Assembly: GCA_030390025.1 (NCBI GenBank)
Contig: CM059432.1
Coordinates: 54,128,001 to 54,192,000 of the forward strand
DNA length: 64,000 nt
Origin: Squalus acanthias
Taxonomy: Eukaryota
Reading direction: 5' to 3'
The notes below the pieces were generated by a model. The model did no database searches. It was not told the origin of the DNA and saw nothing but the letters and a program-made list of their open reading frames with translations. The position numbers and the translations under genes were made by a program. Below, in pieces: positions 38,365 through 50,035 of the stretch (its first letter is position 1; each line of letters begins with the position of its first letter).

Positions 38365-41170
38365 TTTTTTTTTATTCGCTTATGGGATCTGGGTGTCGCT
38401 GGCAAGGCCAGCATTTATTGTCCATCCCTAGTTGCCCTTGAGAAGGTGGTGGTGAGCCACCTTCTTGAACCGTTGCAGTCTGTAGACTTCGCAAAATACC
38501 CCAGAAACTCGAATAGAACCCTAAAGGAGGTGATTTTTGGATCTTAACACGAATTTGGAATGGTGGGACTGAAATGAAGGAATTTGAGGTCAAAACCTCA
38601 GTTTTGAAGTACATTTTGACAGGATCAAGGAAGAAAAAAAAGCCCTGAGGAAAATGACTTTGGATGATAAGATACCCTTTAAAAAGGGCCATTGGGTAAA
38701 CCTGCAGTCACAGAAACACAGGCTGCGGGAAGGGGTGTGGTGAGGCAGTGGACAGCTTTTGAGAATTGGGACCAAATCAAGCTGTCTGGGAGATGTTTGC
38801 ACTGCAATCCAACCAAGGAGGAAGAGCCTCATCCAAAACATCACAAACACATTCAAAAATGAATAAACCAAGACCCCTTTTGAAATCCCCAGGTCCAGAC
38901 AGGATACTGGAAGTCTGAAAACAATTCCTAACAATAAAACTTCCAGTACACCGTTTCATAGCCCATCATCCCATCAAAAACCGATTAGCCAAGTATCGAC
39001 AGGAACAGTTTAACAAGCCCACCAAAACCTAAGACAAAAGAAGCGAGATTTGGCGCATAGATAGAGGCCCTGTCTCAATGAAAGACATCGATAGCCATCA
39101 GGACAAGTTAACACTAAGTTAAAATCATCAGACTTAACGAGCCCGCCAAAACCTAAGACAAAAGAAGCGAGATTTGGCGCGAAGATAAACAGGCCTCAAC
39201 TGAAACCTAAATCACTTTAACGCGAAATCGATTAGTAAAACGGTTTTGGCGCGAAGAACACAATAGACCTGAACAGTATAATTGAGGGCCTAATCCCCCA
39301 AGAAAGTTAAGCCACACCCGTTCAACACACACGACACGAGGGCGACACCAGAGCCAAGCAACAAGGAACGAGTCACAAGAAGAACCTTCAGCAGGCAGGC
39401 CTAAAGCCACGGGCAAGAAGACACGAGGAACCCGAGAGACACTGTGGTGGTGTCTGTTCAAGCCGTGCAGTTTGTTACAACACTATACTTAAAGTTAGTT
39501 CAAGGCTGTCCAGAGAGGCAGTTTAAAGTTAGTAACAGTACCGAGGCACGCAAGGACAACACGCCACAGTAAGGGGGGTCATCGACGGACCCGACTGGGA
39601 AAAAGGTTCCCAACGCCTCGCAGCAACCAAGGCCCCACGAACCAACCAACAGAACGCCACCGACCAACCAGGTGCGAACCAGGCCGTCGTGACCACCGAA
39701 AGACCAACACCAGGAAAAACCGAAGACACGCAAGTTTCCACGCTACAAACTATTCCTGACTTACCCCTGGGTAAGATTTTCCCTTAAAAAATCCTCTAAA
39801 CCCTACCTCTAACGAAGAAAATTGGGTACTCACCTGATATAATCCAATACGCACCTTACCGCATCAGCGGACAGACCCAAACTGACCTGGAGTGCAGCTG
39901 AAGTCTTCTACCACGTCTGGGGTACGGCAGGTCCCAACAACCAAAAACCCCAGTGAACCCCGAAATCGCGAAATACCTCAACTGTCAAGAACTGTCAAGG
40001 AGTGCTGAGCATTATCCCTGGTCCTCTGGAATCAAACCTAGCTAGGCAGTGGGATCGGGAGGGATAAGGGGTTTTGTATACTGTAATTCTCCCTCGCCTG
40101 TACCGTGTGTTCCCTAACCTGTGTTTAAGTATTAAGTATGTTTTAAGATTGTTTGTGTTGTATTTACCTTTTCTTGAATAAAAGTCAAAGTTCTTTCATC
40201 AAAACCTGTTGTCTACTGCACCTTTGTTCACGACCCCCAAATAAGTCCAAGGTCTAGAATCAAGGGAGTGGTAGCGATTCGAACCGCTCACTGAAGTCAG
40301 AGGCGAAGCTGACCCCACCACACCACCCCCTACAAGTCCGTGTGGTGAAGGTACTCCCACAGTGCTGTTAGGGAGGGCGTTCTAGGATTTTGACCCAGCG
40401 ATGCTGAAGGATCAGCAATATACTTCTAAGTCAGGATGGTGTGTGACTTGGAGGGGAACTTGGAGGTGATGGTGTTCCCATGCGCCTGCTGCCCTTGTCC
40501 TTCTAGGTGGAAGAGGTCGTGGGTTTGGGAGGTGCTGCCGAAGAAGCCTTGGCGACTTGCTGCTGTGCATCTTGTGGTGGAGGGTGTGAACATTTAAGGT
40601 GGTGGATGGGGTGCCAATCAAGCGAGCTGCTTTGTCCTGGATGGTGTCGAGCTTCTTGAGTGCAGTTGGAGCTGCACTAACCAGGCAAGTGGAGCGTATT
40701 CCATCACACTCCATACTTGTGCCTTGTAGATGGTGGAGAGGCTTTGGGGAGTCAGGATGTGAGACACTCGCCGCAGAATACTTCGCCTCTGACCTGCTCT
40801 TGTTGCCACAGTATTTATGTGGCTGGTCCAGTTAAGTTTCTGGTTAATGGTGACCCCCAGGATGTTGATAGTGGGGGATTCGGCGATGCTAATGCCATTG
40901 AATGTCAAGGGGAGGTGGTTAGACTCTCGCTTGTTGGAGATAGTCATTGCCTGGCACTTCTGTGGCACGAATGTTACCTGCCACTTTTCATCCCAAGCCT
41001 GAACGTCGTCCAGGTCTTGTTGCATGCGGGCATGGACTGATTCATTATCTGAGGAGTTGTGAATGGCGCTGAACACTGTGCAGTCATCAGTGAACATCCC
41101 CACTTTTGACCTTATGTTGGAGGGAAGATCATTGATGAAGCAGCTGAAGATGGTTGGGCCTAGTACACTG
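38365..41170 (-). mobile_element. LINE-B 3' portion (RT C-terminus and tail) split by a solo LTR
   Basis: ORF 40618-41103 FTDDCTVF...LGVTINQKLNWTSHI...IYKAQV; 3' tail at 38365-38480 resumes at 40335. Confidence 0.93.
38481..40334 (+). mobile_element. Long solo LTR (1854 bp), Gypsy or ERV type
   Basis: Ends TGTAG...CTACA; TSD AGTC (38477-38480, 40335-40338); AATAAA at 40177; no credible ORF. Confidence 0.85.
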
Positions 41171-41570
41171 CGTTCCTAGTGGTAGAAGCTCACTGGAAGT
41201 GTGGGACTGCAATGGATCAGTCATCCTCTATAACTGCAGGACATGTCATCTCACTAACGTCAACATATGTTGAGTGTGCCTTCACATGGCCAAGTTGCTA
41301 GCCATACAGTGGTAGCCACAATAAATACTATAGAGGATCTTGGGAACGCAGGAATGTATATGACCAGAAAAGATCATTGTGATCCATTTGGCCAACCCAG
41401 TGCCCAGCAAATATCATGTGGGAAAGTTTTTGCTAAGTTGCGCTGGTTTATTCGGCTCAATTCACCTGAAATCGGCGTAACCCATGCAAAAGATCATGGA
41501 ATTATAAGCGCCAATTGCATTCAGCGCAAATTGAGTTACCGTGATCTTTTGCGCGAGTTTAAAAAATATC

Positions 41571-41996
41571 GGGCTAGAAATTTGGTGCATTTGTGCCTCT
41601 TGTTAGCGCCCCCTGGGGGCGCAAATGACTTTTCGCCCGGGTGCAGCGCCGCTAATGACTCCTGCTAAATTCAGCGGGAGTTTAGCGGTGGCGGTAACCA
41701 GTAGCACCCTGCTCCGCTGCACAGGCGATGACAACGTCATCACCGTGCGCAGCACCCCGTTTTCACCCCGCCTGCAAAATTGGCCCGCGCCCCCTGAATC
41801 TGCGCCGGGCGATGACAGCGACTGATTCGGGGGCGGGAACTGAGCGGCAAGAGGCTCGCTTGAATTAGTGCACCACCTCCCTCTTGGGGCGCTAAGACTG
41901 AAGTGAGCATTCGCCGGCGCTTTTTTCCGCCGGGCGCTAAATTTAGTAGCAGGCAATGTTAGCGACCCAAAATGGTCGCTAACTAATTTTTCCCCC
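41571..41996. mobile_element. Harbinger MITE (TAGCGCC family), apparently nested in another CpG-rich repeat starting near 41420
   Basis: TIR GGGCTAGAAATT / AATTTTTCCCCC; TSD ATC. Confidence 0.85.
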
Positions 41997-42134
41997 ATCG
42001 TGCTAGAAGCTGACCCCATCCACAAAACTGGTCACACCCCCAGGATGAATTAATCAATAAAAGAAAAATAGAAAATACTAGGAAGAGAAAGCAGGTCAAC
42101 CATCACCAGAGAGACAAAGATAGTTAAAGATCTA

Positions 42135-42381
42135 GACGGGAGATGAGGAGAAATGTTTTCACTCAGAGAGTTGTCGGGATTTGGAATGCTCTACCTGAAA
42201 AGGTGATGGAAGCTGATTCCATAAATAATTTTAAAAGGGAGTTGGACAGTTACTGGAGGATGAGGAACTTACAGGGTTACGGACAAAAAATGGAGGTGTG
42301 GGACTAAGAAAGAGCCAGCACAGGCACAACGGGCCGAATGGCCTCCTTCTGTGCTATATGTTTCTATGATTCTATGATTCT
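42135..42381 (+). mobile_element. CR1 3' end inserted in a Penelope-type terminus
   Basis: TTCACTCAGAGAGTTGTC, GGCCGAATGGCC hairpin, (TTCTATGA)n tail. Confidence 0.88.
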
Positions 42382-42607
42382 TTTATCTGGGGTGGGACCT
42401 TTCATTTTAGCATTGCTCTTAGGCTGCAGTAGAGGATGGTTCTAAGTTTGGTAAACTGATTGGCAAAATCATTTCTGCACAATATAGTTAGAAGCTATTG
42501 CCAATTTACTCAGCCTTTTCAACATTGAGAGAAAGCACCAAAAGATTCACTGACAGTTACTCCTCAATAAATCTACTTTAATTTGGATGAGTGAAAGTGG
42601 GGAGTAG

Positions 42608-43050
42608 CGGGGTGATTTTCCCCGGATACTTTAGGCGCTAAAGAGCCTCCAAGGTGGCCAAGTTGAGGTCTTAAGCTGAAACGCTGGGTTAGCCCGCGTT
42701 TGTGCAAGACGACATCTTGGTAAAGGAATTGAAGCTTGCGCTAGGAACGGCCACCCTGAGGATGGTTAAGGGGCTGATTGCCACATAAATTGCCTGCTAA
42801 TGCTCATTAACGAGGATGTCCGGCATTTTGGTGGATAGCGCTTGGCCTAACACACTAACATTGCTTCTAATCAACGCTTGAGTGCTAAACCTGCAGGTGT
42901 CTATTTAAGTGCCGCTAGGCAAGTTTAAATCATGGTAATGTTCAATTAGCCCCAAAATAGTGTGCAAAAACCAGACTTTCAAACCGACATGTCTTATTAG
43001 TACATCACCCATTTAGCGCCTCTTTTCACCCTTTCACCAAAATAACCCCG
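42608..43050. mobile_element. Harbinger-like MITE
   Basis: TIR CGGGGTGATTTT / AAAATAACCCCG; TSD TAG/TAA; GGCGCTA motifs. Confidence 0.8.
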
Positions 43051-43922
43051 TAAGTCTTGACTCTGAGAAGCAAAAGCTTGACTAGGATCTTAAGATCACA
43101 AATGAGGAGGTAAATTGGCTAATAGGCTACACAACTGCTGGTCCTTACCATATTTCAGACTGCGAAAAATAGTAGTGTAATGTATTGAAGAAAGTGCCAG
43201 ACACCCAAATCTACATGCATAATCGTATGGGCCTTGAATCGACTGCGTTAACATATTTTTTAATAATATTTTGTGGGGACTTCATTCCTTTAATTATTGT
43301 GACCTTCTCTAGAGACACTGGGGCGTGCTGACATGACAGTTCTGCATTACGGAGCTCTGGGAGATTCAAATGGCCTATGTCACCTGGCAAATGAAGGGCT
43401 GAAATGAAGAAAAGGTCTTTGTACAATTGGGGAAAAGCCAAATTACTGTCTTTGATGCTGCAATGAAATAAGACCATATATACTTTGATTGATGGGCTAT
43501 AGCATGCCTGCTGTTGCCTTTTCCGTGGTCTGCTAGAACATTGTCTGCTTTATTCCTGTGTGCTTCGTGTTTCTGTTTTTGAGTGATGTAGTTGGCCATC
43601 TGCCCAGCTGCAAAACAAGGCACAAAACTTACCTCTGATGCTTGATTCGCTGCCTCCTGTTCTTACTCATGTCGAGTAATTTTTACTCTGTCTTAAAGAC
43701 CATTTATTACTAATTGTTGCAGAAATGCTGCTACACTTTTCAACAGGTTAAATTAATCTAACTAATTCAGCTATTACTTAATGTCAGTCATTTAATTTTT
43801 ATTCATTCACGGGATGTGGGCGTCACTGGCAAGGCCAGCATTTATTGCCCATCCCTAATTGCCCTTGAGAAGGTGGTGGTGAGCCACCTTCTTGAACCGC
43901 TGCAGTCCGTGTGGTGAAGGTA

Positions 43923-46482
43923 TATTACATAGGATTATATAGGACATGGCTGCAGGAATTCCTCAGGGCAGTGTCCTAGGCCCAACCATCTTCAGCCTGC
44001 TTCATCAATGACCTTCCCTCCATCATAAGGTCAGAAGTGGGGATGTTCGTTGATGACTGCACAGTGTTCAGTGCCATTCGCAACTCCTCAGATAATTAAG
44101 CAGTCCATACCCACATGCAGCAAGACCTGGATGACATTCAGGCTTGGGCTGATAAGTGGCAGGTAACATTCGTGCCACACAAGTGCCAGGCAATGAGTAT
44201 CTCCAATAAGCGAGAGTCTAACCACCGCCCCTTGACATTCAATGGCATTACCATTGCCGAATTCCCCACCATCAATATCCTGGGGGTCACCATTGACCAG
44301 AAACTTAACTGGACCAGCCACATAAATACTGTGGCAACAAGAGCAGGTCAGAGGCTGAGTATTTTGCGGCGAGTGTCTCACCTCCTGACTCCCCAAAGCC
44401 TTTCCACCATCTACAAGACTCAAGTCAGGAGTGTGATGGAATACTCTCCACTTGCCTGGATTAGTGCAGCTCCAACAACACTCAAGAAGCTCAAAACCAT
44501 CCAAGACAAAGCAGCCCACTTGATTGGCACCCCATCCACCACCTTAAACATTCACTCCCTCCACCACCGGCGTACCGTGGCTGCAGTGTGTACCATCTAC
44601 AAGATGCACTGCAGCAACTCACCGAGGCTTCTTCGGTAGCACCTCCCAAACCCGTGACCTCTACCACCTAGAAGGACAAGGGCAGCAGGCGCATGGGAAC
44701 AATACCACCTGCAGGTTCCCCTCCAAGTCACACATCATCCTGAGTTGCAAGTATATCGCCGATCCTTCATCGTCGCTGGGTCAAAATCCTGGAACTCCCT
44801 CCCTAACAGCACTGTGGGAGTACCTTCACCACACGAAATGCAGCGGTTCAGGAAGGCGGCTCACCACCACCTTCTCAAGGGCAACTAGGGATGGGCAATA
44901 AATGCTGGCCTTGCCAGCAACGCCCACATCCCATGAACGAATTAAAAAAAAACACAGCACAGAAACAGGCCATTCGGCCCAACCAGTCCATGCCAGCGTT
45001 TATGCTCCACTCGAGCCTCCTCTTGTCTTTCCTCATCTAACTCTATCAGCATAACCCTCTATTCCCTTCTCCCTCATATGCTTATCTAGCCTCCCCTTAC
45101 ATGCATTTATACTATTCGCTTCAACCACTCCCTGTGGAAGCGAGTTCCACATTCTCACCACCCTCTGGGTAAAGAAGCTTCTTCTGAATTCCCTATTTGA
45201 TTTCTTGGTGACTATCTTATATTGATGGCCTCTAGCTTTGCTTTTCCCCACAAGTGGAAACACTCTCTCTGTATCCACTCTATCAAAACCTTTCATAATT
45301 TTAAAGACCTCTATTAGGTCACTCTTTAGCCTTCTCTTTCCAACAGAAAAGAGACCCAGCCTGTTGATCCTTTCCTGATAGATATACCATTGCATTTCTG
45401 GTATCACCCTTTGTAAATCTTTTTTGTACCCTCTCCAGTGCCGCTATATTCTTTTTATAACATGGCGACCAGAATTGTACACAATACTCCAAGTGTGGTC
45501 TAACCAAGGTTCGATACAAGTTTAGCATAACTTCACTACTTTTAAATTCTATCCCTCTAGAAATAAACCCCAGTGCTTGCTTTGCTTTTTTATGGCCTTA
45601 TTAACCTGCATTACTACTTCTAGTGATTTGTTTATTGCTACTTTGAGATCCTTTGCTCTTCTACCCCATTTAGATTCTTATTTTCCAAGTAATATGTGAC
45701 TTCCTTATTTTTCTTACCAAAATGTAATATCTCACATTTATCTGTGTTGAAATTCATTTGCCAATTATATGTCCATTCTGCAAGTTTATTAATGTCTTCT
45801 TGTAATTTGTTGCAGGTCTTACTCAGTATTGACCATCTCCCCAATTTTGTGTCATCCGCAAATTTAGAAATAGTGCTTTTGATTCCATAGTCTAAATCGT
45901 TAATATAAATTGTGAACAACACTGGTCCCAGATCTGATCCTTGTGGGACCCCACTTTCCACCTTCTGCCACTCTCAATAGCTACCCTTTACCCCTAATCT
46001 CTGCTTTCTATCTTGACGCCAGCCAGCTATCCATTCTGCTACTTGTCTTCTGACTTTGCATTCTCTGACCTTATTCATTAGTCTATTATGTTGCACCTTA
46101 TCGAAGGCTTTTTGGAAATCTAGATAAATTACATCTACTACATTACCCTTGTCTACTCTCTCTGTTACCTCATCAAAGAATACAATGAGTTTGGTCAAGC
46201 AAGACTTTCCCTTTTGAAATCCATGCTGACTATTCTTTACTATGTTTATGGTTTCTAGATGTTCTTCTATTTTTTCCTCTGGTAGGGATTCCATTATTTT
46301 TCCTACCACCGATGTTAAGCTGACTGGTCTATAGTTCCCTGGACATGTTCTATCTCCCTTCTTAAACATATATATGTTAGCTAACTGCCAGTCCTCTGGC
46401 ACTACACCTTTTTCTAACAAATTATTAAATATGTGTAATAGTGAATCTGCAATCTCTTCCCTAGATTCTTTTAAAATGCGCG
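43923..46482 (-). mobile_element. CR1 LINE (RT to tail) inserted in LINE-B and itself split in its tail
   Basis: ORFs 45033-46492; tail TACATAGGATTATATAGGA at 43927 continues as CACAGCACAGAAAC at 44953; TSD GGTA. Confidence 0.9.
43947..44952 (+). mobile_element. LINE-B 5'-truncated copy inserted in the CR1 tail
   Basis: ORF 44115-44639 RT C-terminus; ends AATAAATGCTGGCC...CATGAACGAATTAAAAAAAAA. Confidence 0.95.
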
Positions 46483-48378
46483 GTACTCCCACAATGCTGT
46501 TATGTAGAGAGTTCTAGGATTTTGACCCAGCGACAATGAAGGAACGGCAATATATTTCCAAGTCAGGATGATGTGTGACTTGGAGAGGAACGTGGAGGTA
46601 GTGGTGATCCCATATGCCTGCGGCCCTTGTCCTTCTAGATGGTAAAGGTCGCGGGTTTGGGAAATGCTGTCGCAGAAGCTTTGGCAAGTTGCTGCAGTGC
46701 ATCTTGTAGATGGTACACACTGCAGCCATGGCGTGCCAATGGTGAAGGGAGTGAATGTTTAAGGTGGTGGATGGGGGGCCGATCAAATGGGCTGCTTTTT
46801 CCTGGATGGTATCGAGCTTCTTGGAGCTGCACTCATCCAGGCAAGTGAAGAGTATTCCATCACACTCCTGACTTGTGCCAAGTAGATGGTGGAAAGGCTT
46901 TGGGGAGTCAGAATACCCAGCTTCTGACCTGCTCTTGTAGCCACAGTGTTTTTGTGGCTAGCCCAGTTACGTTTATGGTCAATAGTGACCCTCAAGATGT
47001 TGATGGTGGGGGATTCGGTGATGGTAATGCCATTGAATGTCAAGGGGCAGTGGTTAGACGCTTGCTTGTTGGAGATAGTCATTGCCTGGCACTTGTGTGG
47101 CACAAATGTTACCTGCCACTTATCAGCCCAAGCCTGAACGTTATCCAGGTCTTGCTGAGGAGTTGCGAATGGAACTGAACACTGTGTAATCATCAGCAAA
47201 CATCCCTACTTCTGACCTTATGATGGACAGAAGGTCATTGATGAAGCAGCTGAAGATGATTTGGCCTAGGACACTGCACTGAGGAACTCCTGCAGCAATG
47301 TCCTGGGCTGAGATGATTGGCCTCCAACAACCATAACTATCTTCCTTTGTGCTAGGTATGACTCCAGCCAGTGGAGAGTTTTCTCCCTGATTCCCATTGA
47401 CTTCAATTTTACTATGGCTCCTTGAGTCAAATGCTGCCTTAATGTCAAGGACAGTCATTCTCGACTTACCTCTGGAATTCAGCTCTTTTGTCCATGTTTG
47501 GACCAAGGCTTTAGTGAGGTCTGGAGCCGAGTGGTCCTGGTGAAACCCAAACTGAGCATCAGTGAGCAGGTTATTGGTGAGTAAGTGTCACTTGGTAGCA
47601 CTGTCAATGACCCCTTCCATCACTTTGCTGATGATTGAGAGTAAACTGATGCGGCAGTAATTGGCCGGATTGGAGTTGTCCTGCTTTTTGTGGACTGGGC
47701 AATTTTCCACTTTGTTAGGCAGATGCCAGTGTTGTAGCTGTACTAGAATAGTTTAGCTAGATGCACGGCTAGTTCTGGTGCACACGTCTTCAGCACTGCA
47801 GCCGGGATGTTGTCAGGGCCCATAGCCTTTGCTGTATCCAGTGTGCTCAGCCGTTTCTTGATATCATGTGGAGTGAATCGAATTGGCTGAAGACTGGATT
47901 CTGTGATAGTGGGGACCTCAGGAGTAGGCCGAGATGGATCATCAACTCTTGTCTTTTGCACTCACCTACCGGGGTCCGCCATCTTTGAGGATAGGGATGT
48001 TCATGGAGCCTCCTCCTCCCGTTAGTTATTTAATTGTCCACCACCATTCATGACTGGATGTGGCAGGACTGCAGAGCTTTGATTTGATCCGTTAGCTGTG
48101 GGATCGCTCAGCTCTGTCTATAGTATGCTACTTCCACTGTTTAGCATACATGTGTGTATCTTCACCTGGTTGGCACCTCATTTTTAGGTATGCCTGATGC
48201 TGCTCCTGGAAGGCTCTTCGACACTCCTCATCGAACCAGGCTTGGTCAACTGGTTTAATGGTAATGGTAGAGTGAGAGATATGACAGGCCATGAGGTTAC
48301 AGACTGTGGTGGAATATAATTCTTCTGCTGCTGATGGCCCACAACGCATCATGGATGCCCAGTTTTGAGCTGCTAGAT

Positions 48379-48931
48379 TTTTAAAAATTCATTCCTGGGA
48401 TGTGGCGTCTCTGGCAAGGCCAGCATTTATTGTATATCCCTAATTGGAATAGAGGGTTAAGCTGATAGAGTTAGATGAGGAAAGATGGTAGGAGGCTCGA
48501 GTGGAGCATAAACGCCAGCATGGACTGGTTGGGCCGAATGGCCTGTTTCTGTGCTGTATATTTTTTTTATTCGTTCATGAGATGTGGGTGTCGCTGGCAA
48601 GGCCAGCATTTATTGCCCATCCCTAGTTGCCCTTGAGAAGGTGGCGGTGAGCCGCCTTCCTGAACCGCTGCAGTCGCGTGGTGAAGGTACTCCTATAGTG
48701 CTGTTAAGAAGGGAGCTCCAGGATTTTGACCCAGTGACGATGAAGGAACAGTAATATATTTCCAAGTCAGGATGTTGTGTGACTTGGAGGGGAAATTGGA
48801 AGTGATGGTGTTCCCATGTGCCTGCTGCCCTTGTTCTTCTAGGTGGTAGCGGTCGCAGGTTTGGGAGGTGCTGCCAAAGAAGCCTAGGAGTGTTGCTGCA
48901 GTGCATCTTGTAGATGGTACACACTGCAGCC
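48379..48931 (-). mobile_element. Chimeric insert: LINE-B 3' end, then antisense CR1 tail, then a second LINE-B tail
   Basis: Interrupts GCTAGAT/CTGTTCTGAATC of the host; 48445-48931 is an inverted homolog of 44580-45065. Confidence 0.85.
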
Positions 48932-50035
48932 ATCTGTTCTGAATCTATCCCATTTAACACGGTGGTAGTGCCGCACAACATGATGGAGGGTGTCTTCAGT
49001 GTGAAGACTGGACCTTGTCTCCACAAGGACTGTGCTGTGGTCACTCCTACCAATGCATCTGCGACAGGTTGATTGGTGAGGGCGAGTCAAGTAGTTTTTT
49101 CCCTCATGTTGGTTCTCTCAACACCTGCCCCAAGCCCAGTCTGGCAGTTATGTCCTTCAGTACTCGTCCAGCTTGGTACGTAGTGGTGCTACCGATCCAC
49201 TCTTGGTGATGGACACTGAAGTCCCCCATCCAGAGTAAATTCTGTTCTCTTGCTACCCTCAGTGCTTCTTCCAAGTGGTGTTCAGCACGGAGGAGTACTG
49301 ATTCATCAGCTGAGGGAAGGCGATAGGTGGTAATCAGCAGGAGGTGTCCTTTCCCATGTTTGACCTGATGCCTTCAGACTTCATTGGTCCAGAGTCAATG
49401 TTGAGGACTCCCAGGGCCACTCCATCCCAACTGTATACCACTGTCCCGCCACCTCTGGTGGGTCTGTCCTGCGATGAGACAGGACATACCCAGGGATGGT
49501 GATGGAGGAGTCTGGAACGTTGGCTGAAAGGTATGATTCTGTGAATATGACTATGTCAGGCTGTTGCTTGACTAGTCTGTGGGACAGCGCTCCAAATTTT
49601 GGCACAAGTCCTCAGATGTTAGTGAGGAGGACTTTGCAGGGTCGACTGGGCTGGGTGTGCCTTTGTCGTGTCCAAATCCGATGCCTAGGTCGATGCCGGG
49701 TGGTCCGTCTGCTTTTTTTATTATTATACTTTGTCATTGCAGTTTGATACAAATGAGTGTCTTGCTAGGTGACTTCAGAGGGCAGTTAAGAGTCAACAAC
49801 ATTGCTTTTGGTCTGGAGTCACATATACAGGTCAGGATGGCAGATCTGCTTCCCAAAAGGACATTAGTGAACCAGATGGGTTTTTATGACAAACCGGTAG
49901 TTACATAGTCACCTTTATTCCAGATTTATTTAATTAACTGAATTGAAGTTCGTCAGCTGCCATGGTGGCATTTTAACTCATCCAGATCATTTGTCCAGGC
50001 CTCTGGATTACTAGTCCAGTATGAGGCCTGACTCA

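Larger units (their letters stand above)
43795..50021 (-). mobile_element. Near full-length LINE-B in pieces (43795-43922, 46483-48378, 48932-50021): tRNA-like head, APE, RT, tail
   Basis: Tail GTGTGGTGAAGGTA at 43922 resumes as GGTACTCCCACA at 46483; ORFs PDIVIFTESYL, SDHSTV, KAMGPDNIP, DIKAAFD, MFADD; head at 49915-50021. Confidence 0.9.
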
